A stretch of DNA of 64,000 nt, taken from the NCBI GenBank assembly GCA_002104905.1, contig MCFE01000113.1:102295-166294 (forward strand). The letters run 5' to 3'. Made by a program: the position numbers and the translations under genes. The DNA comes from Basidiobolus meristosporus CBS 931.73 (Eukaryota > Fungi > Basidiobolomycota). Of this stretch, positions 23,501 through 35,300 are shown one piece after another. Within the stretch, counting starts at the first letter, position 1, and each line of letters begins with the position of its first letter. The notes below the pieces were generated by a model. The model ran no database searches, was not told where the DNA came from, and saw only the letters and a program-made list of their open reading frames with translations.

Positions 23501-23517
23501 TTAGGGTTAGGGTTAGG
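23501..23517 (+). promoter_or_regulatory. Interstitial telomere-like box (TTAGGG)2TTAGG in a divergent promoter
   Basis: Exact sequence between the - strand gene starting at 23084 and the + strand gene starting at 23799. Function inferred. Confidence 0.45.
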
Positions 23518-23798
23518 AGAGTGACACGTTTAAACTTGCAAGTCAAGAAGCGCCCGATCCAATTTCTCTTTACATATTAAACCTGTGGGTAACCAACCCT
23601 GTGTAATCCAGAAGACCAATGGGGTTGCCGGAACTACTGCGCTTGATTGTTGTGGCGTCAGAAATGGTAAATGCAAGAGACTCATATGGTAGGCAATGGT
23701 TCACTAGTTGGGGGCTGGATTTCTTTAAATACTCCATTTGCAGCCCAACCCTTTGTATTGACTCTGCGCAGGACGCCGCTTTACTCGTTTTCATTCAG

Positions 23799-25598
23799 AT
23801 GGTTGCCCTTCGAGCCTCGTCAAGTGTAGTTGAGCCAGCAACATATGTGAATTCCGCGCGAGTGACCGGTTTTGAGTTCGGTAGAGACAAGTGTTGGTTC
23901 ACCTTGTCCATCATCCCGGACTACCCTCAGAAAGACGAACAGTGCGCAGAACCATACACAGTGCATCGACTGTTCAGTGACTTCCAATATTTCGCTAGCT
24001 ATCTTGGGCTTGAGTGTGCCAAGTACGCAGAGAAGCCACCCAAGCTCACCGCTAGGAAGCGAATCCTGTCGTCCAAGAACTCCCATGCTGAGCGGAGAAC
24101 TGATGATATCAATGAGTATCTATCTCGGGTGTTCGAACTCCCTCTCAATATTCGTAATTCCACATGTTTCGCCGAATTTTTTGGCCTATGGGAGTCCGAC
24201 ATGAGTGATCTTTCGGGCACTGCCCCAACCTCCATTGATCTTGGTAGTGCAACCATCCCGGTGGTCAGCTCGGTTATAGAGGCGTTTGATTCGTTGAAGC
24301 TAGAGGGCCTCCCTAGTGAGTCGCCGAGAACATCTCTGCAGCGATCCAACACGCTCACTTCCTGTGTCTCAGAGCCTCCTCTCAAGTTGGCGCCCTGGAA
24401 TGTGCGGCACATGACGACCAAAGAGAAGGCAGCATGGCAAAGTAAGGAGAGCACGCTTATTCGGTCATACAGTTGTCGCACAGCTACCAGCGACAACGTG
24501 ACGATCATCACACCATTCGTGCGGATCAAGGTGATTCTGAACGCCGAGAATATCGTCAACATCCTAGTGGCCCGCAACATCTCCTATGACGACCTCCGGA
24601 AACGTATTTTCGAGAAATTTTGCGAGAACCAGGCATTCAAATTGGAGGACTTCGAATCGGTGGTGTTGGCCTACAAGCGGGACAACAGCATCGTGGTCAT
24701 CGCCACCAATGAAGATCTCCGTGGACTCATCGTTGACCAGATCGACAAATACGTCATTTATCTACCTTCCTCGAAGTTGTTAGATGAGTTCTTTTGGATG
24801 CGTGAGGTGGCTGATCTGAATACACCTACCGGCAGTGAGGAGTCATACGGACGAAATAGGGACTCGGGGTACATCTCGTATCGCTCTTTGAGCAATGAGA
24901 GTCTACGCGAACGCTACGTTCAGGAGGGCACCCACCAAGGACATCGCAAACAGAGCTCCCTCTCTGCTCTCCGGCGTCAGGACTCCTTTGGATCGTTGAA
25001 GAGGCAGAGCTCCTTGTCTAGTTTGCACTCTGTGCCGATGCAAAACTCGAGCCTACGTCGACAGAATACTATGGCCTCACTGCATCAGAAAACCATGCTT
25101 GCCTCTCTGAGAAGGCAGAATTCCGAGTCCATGATCAGATCCAAACCGAAAGACCTCTTCGATAGTCAAGACAAATCGAGAAGCCCAGAGAACTCGGTCA
25201 AACCTGCCCAAAACCCCTCCGGAGACTCCGCCGCAATCGCACGCAGAGTCATAATGTTGAAGGTGGTTTTGAATTCCGAATGCTGCGTGGTCATCCCGAT
25301 CTCAAGCAACATCTCCGCCTCCGCACTGCAGGAAGTGATTACAAAGGCGTTCGTACAAGCCGGGTACACGAAGGATCGAGTTTACTCCCTCCAATTGATT
25401 CACCGAACCGCGGATTCCCACTTCATCGCAGTGGAGAGTGACGAGGACGTTCGCGCCGTCGTGTCATCGGAAGAATCGAAATCCGCGTCGAACGCTGACT
25501 CGTTATCGCTTTATCTGTTCCCTAGAGGCATCCTAACGTCATTGCGTAGAAGCGGGATCTTTCTTGACATTCCTTTAGATGCGATCAATGTAACATAA
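23799..25598 (+). CDS. PX domain + two PB1-like domains protein
   Basis: PX: YTVHRLFSDFQYF...RRTDDINEYLSRV...FAEFFGLW. PB1-like: RIKVILNAENIV..ISYDDLRKRI..LAYKRD..IATNEDL, plus a second copy at the C-terminus. Likely ATG follows a CAG acceptor at 23799. Confidence 0.8.
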   Translation: MVALRASSSVVEPATYVNSARVTGFEFGRDKCWFTLSIIPDYPQKDEQCAEPYTVHRLFSDFQYFASYLGLECAKYAEKPPKLTARKRILSSKNSHAERRTDDINEYLSRVFELPLNIRNSTCFAEFFGLWESDMSDLSGTAPTSIDLGSATIPVVSSVIEAFDSLKLEGLPSESPRTSLQRSNTLTSCVSEPPLKLAPWNVRHMTTKEKAAWQSKESTLIRSYSCRTATSDNVTIITPFVRIKVILNAENIVNILVARNISYDDLRKRIFEKFCENQAFKLEDFESVVLAYKRDNSIVVIATNEDLRGLIVDQIDKYVIYLPSSKLLDEFFWMREVADLNTPTGSEESYGRNRDSGYISYRSLSNESLRERYVQEGTHQGHRKQSSLSALRRQDSFGSLKRQSSLSSLHSVPMQNSSLRRQNTMASLHQKTMLASLRRQNSESMIRSKPKDLFDSQDKSRSPENSVKPAQNPSGDSAAIARRVIMLKVVLNSECCVVIPISSNISASALQEVITKAFVQAGYTKDRVYSLQLIHRTADSHFIAVESDEDVRAVVSSEESKSASNADSLSLYLFPRGILTSLRRSGIFLDIPLDAINVT

Positions 25599-25941
25599 TC
25601 CAGACATTTGATTTGCATCAGCTGTACATACATCGATTTTAACCAAATCTATACTATGGCCCGCCCCAATTCCGGAATCGGTCAAACTAATTTAGAACGC
25701 ATTGAAAGTATATATATAAATAATCACCCCGATATTACTTGGATATATATAGATATCCCATCTATCCCGATGGCAAAGGGCGTCCACAGTGGTTTAGATC
25801 ATGATAGATATACATTTAATAAAGATCAGGGCGCAAGCTTCAAGGAATGCGTGGTCGACCAATCGGATCAGTCTATGTAGGAAGAATGTAATATGTATAC
25901 AGTTGATAGATAGGGCTGATGGGGATTCTTGAAGGCGAGGG

Positions 25942-26727
25942 TTAATGGGAATTTTTGAATTGCTCAGTAGATTCATGCGAAGAGGTGGGGGACACGTTGG
26001 TGATTATCGACTGGCGGTATGACTCGAGCTCAGCCATGGATTTCTTGTAGGCGCTTACGCGACGGCGACGGCGGATGTAGATGAACAAGATGCAGAGGCC
26101 TATGACCAGTACGCAGCCAATAGCAATCACCACATAGCCCCATACCGGGAAGTGGTTGTACTCCACCTCGTCCTGACAGACATTGCTCTTACAAGTGCCC
26201 GAGCGGCATTGTCGATCCTCAGAGCAGGGCTCCTTGTTTTCCAGCGCAGTCACGCACAGATTACTGTTCGTTGAGCAGAAATACCCTTTCAAGCAGTTGT
26301 CCCTATTCACAAGGTAAGCGCTGGTGTTATCAATGATGCATGTTTGTCCAAGTTGGACGTTTTTCGAGAGACACCGTTGGTTCAGACATATGCTATTCTC
26401 GCCCTCACAGGAGTCATCTCTGGAGACACTGCAAATCTCGTTTAATTTGACCTTGGGTAGGCAACCAAGTTCGTTGTCCGGGCAATATTCGGTGGAGTTG
26501 CACATGGGCGGGAGCAGAATCTCACTTGGCCAGTCGTAAATCTCTTCGTCAATGCGGCACCCTCGGAGAGCACATCTGTTCGTGGAGTCGTCACAGGTCA
26601 GTGTGATGTTCTTGCAGGGCCCGTCATTCTTCAATAGGCTTCCGGGGCTGCAGGAGTCCCCAACAAGATAGGCAAGCGCTGTAGATGCGCCAAGTACAAT
26701 GAATGCTAGGGTTAGTGTGCTCCGCAT
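25942..26727 (-). CDS. Cys-rich extracellular single-pass membrane protein
   Basis: Signal peptide; many Cys in repeated C-x-C spacing; TM helix WGYVVIAIGCVLVIGLCILFIYI followed by RRRRR stop-transfer. Confidence 0.85.
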   Translation of the reverse strand: MRSTLTLAFIVLGASTALAYLVGDSCSPGSLLKNDGPCKNITLTCDDSTNRCALRGCRIDEEIYDWPSEILLPPMCNSTEYCPDNELGCLPKVKLNEICSVSRDDSCEGENSICLNQRCLSKNVQLGQTCIIDNTSAYLVNRDNCLKGYFCSTNSNLCVTALENKEPCSEDRQCRSGTCKSNVCQDEVEYNHFPVWGYVVIAIGCVLVIGLCILFIYIRRRRRVSAYKKSMAELESYRQSIITNVSPTSSHESTEQFKNSH

Positions 26728-27295
26728 CGATCGCTACTATTAAATTAAGGGGAAATGACCGTTGAGTTTATTCTGCGGACTGCTTATATATTCACCTCGA
26801 TCGCCGTTACGTGACATCATGGGTGGCCTTATGTGTCGCGAAGAATATTCGAAGAGGGTCTTTCATCAAAACTAACACGGCATGGTGTAGGCTACAGTAT
26901 CTATTTATAACCTCAACCTAGGCCTTGTATGCAATCAGACCCTTCCAGTAGGAGGTTTTCTGAATCTATGTGATCTCTCCACACGAGATTTACAATGATG
27001 GACAATGGCGATCTCCATATAATGCACATTGTGACCAACATTCCGTTTCATGGGCTTCCGAAAGACATGGGGTCCTCCACATCTCAAACAAAAAGAGCGT
27101 AACAATGGCGATTTTCAAGGAAGATAAGCCAGTGCATAGATGAGGTTTGGGTGAGCCCATAAATATAGCCCCGTTCTGGGCAGACCAATGTTCACATTCC
27201 ACTAGACAGAGTTTCGCCCTCCCTACTTTATTGATAGAAATCCCTCTTTGTTCGCTCCATATCTGTGCTGAGGCCGGCTGATTCCAACCCAACCC

Positions 27296-28549
27296 ATGCT
27301 TGGTTCCAGTGTCAAATTAGCTCCGGTTATCTCGGCAGTTACCATTGGCGGTTTCGAGAAGAGAAGCGATAGGAAGCACTGGTTCACCGTCCATGTGATC
27401 CCTGCCGACTTCGACGCTGAGACTATCAACGCTGGAAGCAAGATAAAGAGACCGTATGTTATATATCGCACGCAAGAAGATTTCTCCGAGCTTTCTCTCC
27501 GTCTTGGCCAGGTGGATCATGAGTTCCCAGCCATCCAGTTCCGTAGACGGAACTTCCTGCTGATCTCCCCTTCACCGCAGAAGGTCAGAGACCGCCTTGA
27601 TCAATTTGTAAGAAAGTTATTCCAAAACCCAGTTATGGTCCTGACTTCCCCAGTGGTGCTGGAGTTCTTCGGGCTGTGGGATAGCGACATCAAACATATG
27701 AGGAAGCAGTTTGGTACTGGGTACCCTGACTTCGAGGTGGAGGATGAAAACGACACACGGTTTGATTCCGCGATCGATCTTTCGGCCACAACCGAGGCTA
27801 AAGTGGGCTCGCCTGAGAAGGAGATATCCTTCCTCGACGGCTTTAGCACTAGACACAGTACCATTTCGGTCATCAAGCCTATCCTTAGACGCGCACGAAG
27901 CGCCATGTTGGGTGAGAGCGAGGACCGCGTAGCATGGCCAAAAGTAGGATCTCCTAATACCGATGAGGATGATGATGATGATGAATTTGGCAGCAGTAGG
28001 CCTGGTATCGTCGCTCCATGGAATTTGCGCTACATGGACCCAGTTCTAGTTCAAACGATTCTTCCCCCGATGGGTGAATTTTCCTGTACTTCCTCTCCCA
28101 CGCCAACACCCGCGTCACCCATCCATTTCCCGCCCTCCAGTAATCTCCGTCGTTCTGGAACTATTGGACGGGGTCAACGCTCTCTCGGGCCTCGTACTTT
28201 GCGGAAAGCTACATCGACCAACTCCCTGTCGGCTGCTGCCGCAGCGGCGGCCACCGATGAATTGGATGCGGATTCTTTGACTTTCATCAAGGTGAAGGCT
28301 ATCCTAAATGATGATACCATCGTTATTCTCCGAGTTCATCGATCCATCAGTTACGATGATCTATACGACAAGATACTGTTGAAATTCCGTTTGTGTGGCC
28401 AGCAGGCAGACGATCTGATGGGGAAATCGCTTGTTTATCGACTCACCGAGAACCGGGCGTTCTTCGTCTCAAGCGAGGAGGAGCTACAGAGCGCCTTGAT
28501 GCACGAATGTGACAAGATTACATTTTATCTGGTATCTGCTCACAAGTAG
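27296..28549 (+). CDS. PX-PB1 domain protein (paralogue of 23799-25598)
   Basis: YVIYRTQEDFSEL..RLDQFVRKL..VLEFFGLWDSD; APWNLR; IKVKAILNDDTIVILRV..ISYDDL. These blocks are shared with the upstream paralogue. Confidence 0.8.
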   Translation: MLGSSVKLAPVISAVTIGGFEKRSDRKHWFTVHVIPADFDAETINAGSKIKRPYVIYRTQEDFSELSLRLGQVDHEFPAIQFRRRNFLLISPSPQKVRDRLDQFVRKLFQNPVMVLTSPVVLEFFGLWDSDIKHMRKQFGTGYPDFEVEDENDTRFDSAIDLSATTEAKVGSPEKEISFLDGFSTRHSTISVIKPILRRARSAMLGESEDRVAWPKVGSPNTDEDDDDDEFGSSRPGIVAPWNLRYMDPVLVQTILPPMGEFSCTSSPTPTPASPIHFPPSSNLRRSGTIGRGQRSLGPRTLRKATSTNSLSAAAAAAATDELDADSLTFIKVKAILNDDTIVILRVHRSISYDDLYDKILLKFRLCGQQADDLMGKSLVYRLTENRAFFVSSEEELQSALMHECDKITFYLVSAHK

Positions 28550-28783
28550 CCCTAATATTCCCCTACGCATCAGCCTCCATACTTTGTTCTCACTGGCCCT
28601 CATCTCCAAATGAGACTTTGGACGCAGCAAACGCTTCTATGTGTACATAAACTCCAATCTTCTTGGGGGCTTCATGTATAGTTCATCTTTTGTTTACCTA
28701 GAATCATTGGTTTATTCCACTCTGTCATATCATTCAAGTTAATAAACACATCAAAGACAAAGATAGGCCTGTTTATGTAGAAG

Positions 28784-30144
28784 CTACAATTTGGAGATTT
28801 TGTTTTCGGGATGAGATGCGTACTCGGTCCAGGAACCGTCGTAGAGCGCCAGATTCTTGGCCCCGGCAATCTCCAGGGCTAGGTAGATGACTGCAGCACT
28901 CACGCCACTTCCTATGGGGTCACAAGATTAGAGGTGCAGTAGATGAGGAGGATTAAGATGACGAATTACCACAGGATGTTATGATTTTCTGGTTGACATC
29001 AATCCCAAGATCCTTGAACAATCTGGCCAACTCCTGTGGGGAACGCATGACCCTTTTCTCGGGGTCAATCACTTCGGAGAATGGGAGACTAACGGAGTTT
29101 GGTATGTGGCCACTCGATAGACCTGCACGAGGCTCTGGGTCCACTCCGTTGAATCTAATCAATTTAGTCAGGCGAACATGTAGCGCAGATTCTACCGTGA
29201 GACTCACCTTCCCCTTGGGCGGGCATCGATCACCAGCTCACCATCCGCCCCTTTCTCGATGTTCTGCACTACCTGTTGCATATTGCGAACCAACTGAGGT
29301 TGGAATTTTGGCTTGTAAACTTTAGGCTAAAGTTGCCAGCCAGGTTAGCACGCATGTGTGGCGGAAAATTTATACATATACCGACTACCTCGACATCGAC
29401 CTGTCCTGCTTCCACAGGCCGTCCCTCCTGCAGCCACTTGGGCAAACCACCGTCAAGAATGGCGATGTTGTCGTGGCCGAAAGCCTGAGAACCGGTGAGT
29501 GGATTGAAGACCATGCAGTGAATATCGCTTACCTTGAACGTCCAGTACACTCTAGGGGACGAGAATATCCCGGCAGTGTCATAAACAACAAGCTTGTCCT
29601 CCTGCGAAATCCCCAATTCACCTGACATGGCAAACCATACGTCAGCAATTGCCCAGAATGCAAAGAATTCGATTGCTATGGATCGGTGACTATACCGACT
29701 GAGCGAGCGAAAAACTCGGGACTTGGCAGCATATGAGGAAGGCTGTTGGAGAGGTCCTTGATAGCGTCGATATCAAAATAACGGGCATTCTGTTGCGAGA
29801 TCAGCAGTTAGTGGCATTTGCTAGGTGTGACATCGAGAAATCTATATGACCTGAATGTGAGCATTCAGATACTCTTGCTTGGGGTCGCGCTTGGCGTGAG
29901 GCATATGCCAAGAACCATCAAGTACAACGACCGAATCTTTGTTATCAGCTAACCACTGGGTAGAGACGAGGTTCATGTCTTTCGAATAGTCTGTTAGGTT
30001 GGGAACCAGAGGAGTCAGGTATAGAGTAGGAATATATTTACTCGGCTGCTTTGTGGAAGAGAATGCCCTGTGTGATGAGGGAACCAACACGGAACGTGCA
30101 CTAAACAAAAGTGGTCTAGATTTATTTAATAAGATGGAAGTCAT
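28784..30144 (-). CDS. TUM1: 3-mercaptopyruvate/thiosulfate sulfurtransferase (tandem rhodanese), multi-exon, mitochondrial-type presequence
   Basis: VLDGSWHMP, LVVYDTAGIFSSPRVYWTFK, LDGGLPKW, GHIPNSVSLPF, ITSCG|SGVSA (active-site loop), LYDGSWTEY. Confidence 0.93.
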
Positions 30145-30302
30145 TGCTTGAGCTCGCCTTATGGGTTATGACTCAACCAATGCCGGATATATATGCAGCA
30201 GTTACCAAACCGGTTTATTCGACCTCTGGTGGCTAATACTGCATGACGAAGTATGAGTTTGATTTATCATCTGATGTTGGATCTATTTTGGGTGATGTGA
30301 CC

Positions 30303-30316
30303 TAGGGTTAGGGTTA
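30303..30316 (+). promoter_or_regulatory. Telomere-like box TAGGGTTAGGGTTA in a divergent promoter
   Basis: Lies about midway between the sulfurtransferase start (30144, -) and the Nudix start (30465, +). Confidence 0.45.
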
Positions 30317-30464
30317 AACCCACTCAAAGATGGTGTTCACTTATTACGTACGAAATCACGCGAGTGGATAAATCCCTTCGAGTTTACCCAAAGTATCTGA
30401 TGGATTATTTTATCACTTCGATTAGTACTGGATATGTTGACATCGTTAGACTTGACCAGTTACT

Positions 30465-31270
30465 ATGAACTTCTTCAAGTACACCTCTTGGTCGCCAAGA
30501 TGCAAAGTGACTAGGGTGTTTCTTCACCGCACGAAATCATTTTCCACTGAAACCAAGCCGTTAGACTCTTGGGCTGTGGATACGAGCTTGCTGAAGCTGA
30601 ACACTGCCAGCTTAGAGACGATGAAAGAGCGCCTAGGGAATCGCCTATCCACCACACCGCCATACACCTTTAAATACGACACAAGCAAGACACTCGACGA
30701 GGCTGCTGTTCTGGTCCCCTTTTGCATGGTTGAAGGAAAACCCAGTATTTTGTTTACTGTCAGAAGCAACAACATGAATTCGCATCGAGGTGAAGTAAGG
30801 TAGCAACCACATTTTCCACTACCGCAGGTTTATCAGCATCCGTTAACTCGTGAGAATATAGTTTTCCCGGAGGAAAGAAGGATCCTGAAGACAAGACGCT
30901 GCTCGCCACTGCACTCAGAGAAACGCAAGAGGAAATCTCCATACCCATGGAAGACATTGAAGTACTTGGGCAGCACGCCACCCTTCCCAACCGTACACTG
31001 ACCATGAAGGTTTACCCCTTTGTCGGGTTCATCAAAAAGCCGGTCGTCCCGCAGGAGGTGGCCTACAATCCTGCCGAGGTTTCCGGGGTGTTTTCCTTGA
31101 CTCTGGAACAACTCTTGGATCCATCGCGAAGATCGTTAAAGAAATTTCGCGGCATGTCATTCTCCATACCTGTGTTCAAGGGGCCGGAAGGGCTTGGCGT
31201 GGATGTTTGGGGATTGACTGCTTTTATACTGGAAGGGGTCCTGAAAACATCCTTTCAAAGCCACAAATAA
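30465..31270 (+). CDS. Nudix hydrolase, CoA pyrophosphatase family (NUDT8/PCD1-like), one intron
   Basis: EAAVLVP..ILFTVRS...HRGEV|SFPGGK..D...TALRETQEE Nudix box; NPAEVSGVF; VWGLTAFIL. Confidence 0.92.
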
Positions 31271-31484
31271 CCAACTGCAAAGGATCATCTTTCGTTTAAA
31301 CCAAATAAAACCCACGCTTTTGATTGTGACAATCTTACATGCCCATACATGGTAGTGGCCATTATGCTGACGCTAGCTTCCCCATATTCTCTGCCCCTCT
31401 ACTGAGCCAAGGGACAAAAAATTTTGACATTTAAGATAACGTTGTTTTCCGCTTGCCAAATCGACTTGATTTGTGTTGGTTAAT

Positions 31485-32723
31485 ATGCAAGCTATCCGTT
31501 CCTTACTCCCCCGTACTCAAAGAGTTCTTGCCTCTGCTATCCCTAGAGCCACCCCTCGCCTGGTGGCCAAGCCCTCCGTCTTTGCTGGTGCTAGAGCTTT
31601 CTCGTCTTTCCCAGCTCTCCAGCACGTGAAAGTCCAGGTGTGTTGTTGACCGGCAGTGTGCCACAAATGCCGTCTTGCATACTTACATGGCACGATATCT
31701 TTCTAGCAAGCTGCTCCCTCCTGGAGAGCACAAGCTGTCGTCGAAGGTCAGTTCAAGGAACTCAAGTTAGAGGATTACAATGGCAAGTTCCTTGTTATGG
31801 TGTTCTATGTAAGTACAACATTTCGAAGTCCCCTCTAGTCTTGGAAACTCATGTCTCTTCTTCCCCACCGCAAGCCCTTGGACTTCACTTTTGTGTGCCC
31901 CACTGAGCTCTTGGCTTTCAGGTAAGGACCGAGGCAACCCCAGAAGGATCGCTCCGTTCACTAAAGTAGCCCCATTTAGTGACCGTATCAAGGAATTCCA
32001 GGAGCTTGGCGTTGAGGTTGTGGGAGTTTCCACCGACAGTGAATTCTCTCACCTTGCCTGGTGGTAGGAGACAGCTTTATTTGGTCGAGAGAAGTGTAGC
32101 ATAGTCTAACAGTCGTGTTATTTTAAAAGCAACCTTGCTAGAAACAAGGGTGGTTTGGGTGATATCAAGTAAGTCCCAAACAATTCAAGCATTCCCGAGG
32201 GATATTTTTAGACGTATCGTTAAACATGCTTCAACCTGTATAATTGCTAGGATTCCTTTGAGTAAGTCCATAGTTACTAAGTGCGGCCGATATATTTGTA
32301 CTCACGCGGCTTCCTAGTCTCCGATATCACAAAGAAGATCTCCGCCGATTATGACGTCTTGATTGAAGACAAGGGGGTCGCTCTTCGGTTAGTGCCATTC
32401 ATACCACCTCGCACCTACCGTTGCTAACTTGCAGTGGTTTCGTAGCGGTCTCTTCATCATCGACCCTAAGGGCAATGTTAGAGTTATGCAAGTCAACGAT
32501 CTTCCTATCGGTCGCAGTGTTGACGAAACCTTACGCCTCATTGAGGCGATCCAGTTCACCGATACCCACGGTGAAGGTGAAGCACCATTTCCTATAGATG
32601 TGCCGAGTCGTTGAATACTAATTTGCTGCTCTCTTAGTATGCCCGGCCAACTGGAAGAAGGGCTCACCTACCATCAAGGCTGACCCCAAGAACTCCATCG
32701 AATATTTCGAGAAGGTTAACTAA
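31485..32723 (+). CDS. 2-Cys peroxiredoxin (AhpC/TSA family) with mitochondrial-type presequence, many introns
   Basis: [11 protein letters not shown] (peroxidatic Cys), [45 protein letters not shown] (resolving Cys). An 11-nt micro-exon GATTCCTTTGA restores KIPLISD. Confidence 0.93.
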
Positions 32724-32855
32724 CTCTAAGCAGACCTTTGCAATCCAATAAATAAAATTCCCTTGTTTCGGAAACGAATGATGTAGAATGAATGAATGCT
32801 TATTTTATTTGTAAAATAAGAACAATCATCTAAAAAAAGCGGTTGCGTCAAGTGC

Positions 32856-33182
32856 TTAATCGAAAAGACCGAAGCCCATATCATCATCAGACTCTTCCTT
32901 GGCTTCCTCCTTGGCTTCTTCGGCAGGAGCGTCAGCAGAGGCGGCAGCGGCACCACCAGCAGGGGCAGCAGCAGCACCACCGGAAGGAACAGAGGCAAGC
33001 TTCTCCTTTCCTTCGGCGATAAGCTCCTCAACGTTCTTGCCTTCCAATTCGGAAATCAACTTGTTGAGGCGTTCAGAGTCGGCCTCAATACCAACGGATG
33101 AGAGAAGCTTCTCAACATCAGCAGCAGAAGGGGCCTGGTTACCACCGAGGGTAAGGAGAAGGTAGGCAGCAATATAACGCAT
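32856..33182 (-). CDS. RPP2: 60S acidic ribosomal protein P2
   Basis: [15 protein letters not shown]...[15 protein letters not shown], Ala-rich hinge, [14 protein letters not shown]-terminus; acceptor just upstream of the ATG (5'-UTR intron). Confidence 0.97.
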   Translation of the reverse strand: MRYIAAYLLLTLGGNQAPSAADVEKLLSSVGIEADSERLNKLISELEGKNVEELIAEGKEKLASVPSGGAAAAPAGGAAAASADAPAEEAKEEAKEESDDDMGFGLFD

Positions 33183-34123
33183 TTTGAGTTCTGTCAAAAC
33201 ACAACGGTTAGTAAATATCCAAGTTAGCGGTAGATTCATCCATCAACAATGATGGACATTCAGAGACGAACCTTGTGGGGGATTGGTTCGTGTGTCGTAA
33301 AGTGATTTAACTCGTCAGGCGAGGTACAATACGCTCGGCACGGGATTAAGAAGAAGGAGCAATTACGAGAGGCGACGTGCTTTTTGTAAGATGCGATGAG
33401 TTTTAGGTCCCGGGTACCAGTATTGCCAGGATCTAGCAAGAGGTCGAGTTTAGGCAGATTCTTCAAGAATTAATCACGATTAGCCAACTACTTAAATCAA
33501 ATGTTGAAGTTAATCAATCAAAGATTAATAATAATCTCAATCAACACTAACTCATACACAAATGTGTTTCAAGTTGATCACAAACTAATCACAGTTTTAT
33601 AGCTGCTTAAATATATCCAATGAGCACTAAGTGTTAACCAGCGTGCATAGAATAAAGGAGAATCTAAGCCACCGATCCAGATCCGTTGGGCATTGTTCAA
33701 GAACAATCCACCGACCCGAAATTGATGGAATTGCTAGTGAATAATGGAGAAATAGAATCGATACACTGACTAGTAAAAGCGTAAATTAGAGCGGATTAGA
33801 GTCGATAATAGTGGTTTAGAAATGTCCGTCATCACTAAAATTGCTATCCAGCACAGATCATGTATAGGCAGAGGACAGGCACCTGCATAGTGACAATTGT
33901 TAAGACTAAGTGGGGAATTCATCCATGGTGGAATTGAAACACCAGTTACGTTTAGTTTCTTTCCTTGACAAATTTATGCACCTGGAGAGCTGGCAGAATC
34001 CAATTTCTTCCCTTTCCAAGCATTTAGAGACCCGCTCCCAAGGATATAAATAGACCTGGCTTCCAGTATCAACTGCACTCACGCACATGATCTTTTTCTT
34101 GTAGTGCTAGTGCAAGTCCAAGC

Positions 34124-34147
34124 CCAAATCCAAATCCAAATCCAAAT
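34124..34147 (+). repeat. (CCAAAT)4 microsatellite upstream of the EEP gene
   Basis: Four exact hexamer copies. Confidence 0.85.
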
Positions 34148-34179
34148 CCCGATTTTCTCTTCCCGCGGATTTCTTCCTG

Positions 34180-35133
34180 ATGTTTTGTTACGCTGTTAAC
34201 TCGCTGCTTTCTGTCTTTGCTCAACCCCAGCAGAAAGCCCCCGCTGAGAGCTCCATCACCCCCTTCTATTTCAACTCCGAGCTTAAGAAATGGCTGCCTT
34301 TGCATCGTGACCAAATCGGTGTTCCGCCACCTGCCGAACGTACCAACTTTGATGACGATGTGGCTTTTGGCACGTTTAAGCTAGTCTGTTACAACCTGTA
34401 CAATGTAAATAAGTCTTCTTCGGATGCATGCATCCGCTCGTTGCTTCAAGTGCTACTCCAGGAAGACGCTGATGTCATTTGCCTTCAGGAGGCAACCCTT
34501 GAATTTGTAGAACAAATCAAAAAGGAGCTCTGGATTCAACAGAGCTATATGCTGTCCGATATCGAACCCCAAAACCTTCACGGCGTCCTGATGCTCTCCC
34601 GACTCCCCCTCCACCCCTTTTACGAGACATACCTACCATCGAAACAGCAACGAAAAATGCTCTATGCAGACGTCTACATCAACGAGCAGTCGATGGTGCG
34701 TATCGCCACCTCGCACTTGGATGACTCTGCACAAAATGTACATATGAGGAAGCGGCAACTGGAAACCATGAAAACAGTGCTGCTGCCGGAATCCGAAAAA
34801 GACAGGTTCATGACATCCATACTCTGTGGCGACTTCAATTTCACCGAGGCCAGCGAAGACGACGTCCTTAAAAGTGCTCATTTCATCGACGCTTGGAAAC
34901 ACCTATACCCCAAGGGCGAGGCAGGTGCCGGATACACCTCGGGTATCAACTATCCCACGTCCAATCGTTCTAGAAACGATCGCGTATACATCTGCAATCA
35001 CACCAACGGTGTCCAATGGGTGCCAGCCAGTGTCAAGCTGATAGGAGACAAGCCGCTGGCTGGTGAGCCGCACGTCTTCCCCGCCAGCCACCTGGGACTC
35101 AGCTACACCTTTACTGCCACATGGCCCAACTGA
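34180..35133 (+). CDS. Endonuclease/exonuclease/phosphatase family protein (TDP2-like)
   Basis: CYNL, DADVICLQE, IATSHL, LCGDFN, FIDAW, SRNDRVY, ASHLGL (SDH-like). Confidence 0.88.
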   Translation: MFCYAVNSLLSVFAQPQQKAPAESSITPFYFNSELKKWLPLHRDQIGVPPPAERTNFDDDVAFGTFKLVCYNLYNVNKSSSDACIRSLLQVLLQEDADVICLQEATLEFVEQIKKELWIQQSYMLSDIEPQNLHGVLMLSRLPLHPFYETYLPSKQQRKMLYADVYINEQSMVRIATSHLDDSAQNVHMRKRQLETMKTVLLPESEKDRFMTSILCGDFNFTEASEDDVLKSAHFIDAWKHLYPKGEAGAGYTSGINYPTSNRSRNDRVYICNHTNGVQWVPASVKLIGDKPLAGEPHVFPASHLGLSYTFTATWPN

Positions 35134-35300
35134 ATCCAATCAAAAATTCCCGTTGTATATGTAATATCACCGTTTTGCTACATCCTTCTTCAATTCCTCG
35201 TCTACTCCCATGGCCAATAAATCAAACTGTCTCCACATCTTGCTCTAAAATAGTTTATTCCTTTGGGTGGGGAGAATGAATACAGGGATTAATTTGGCAA

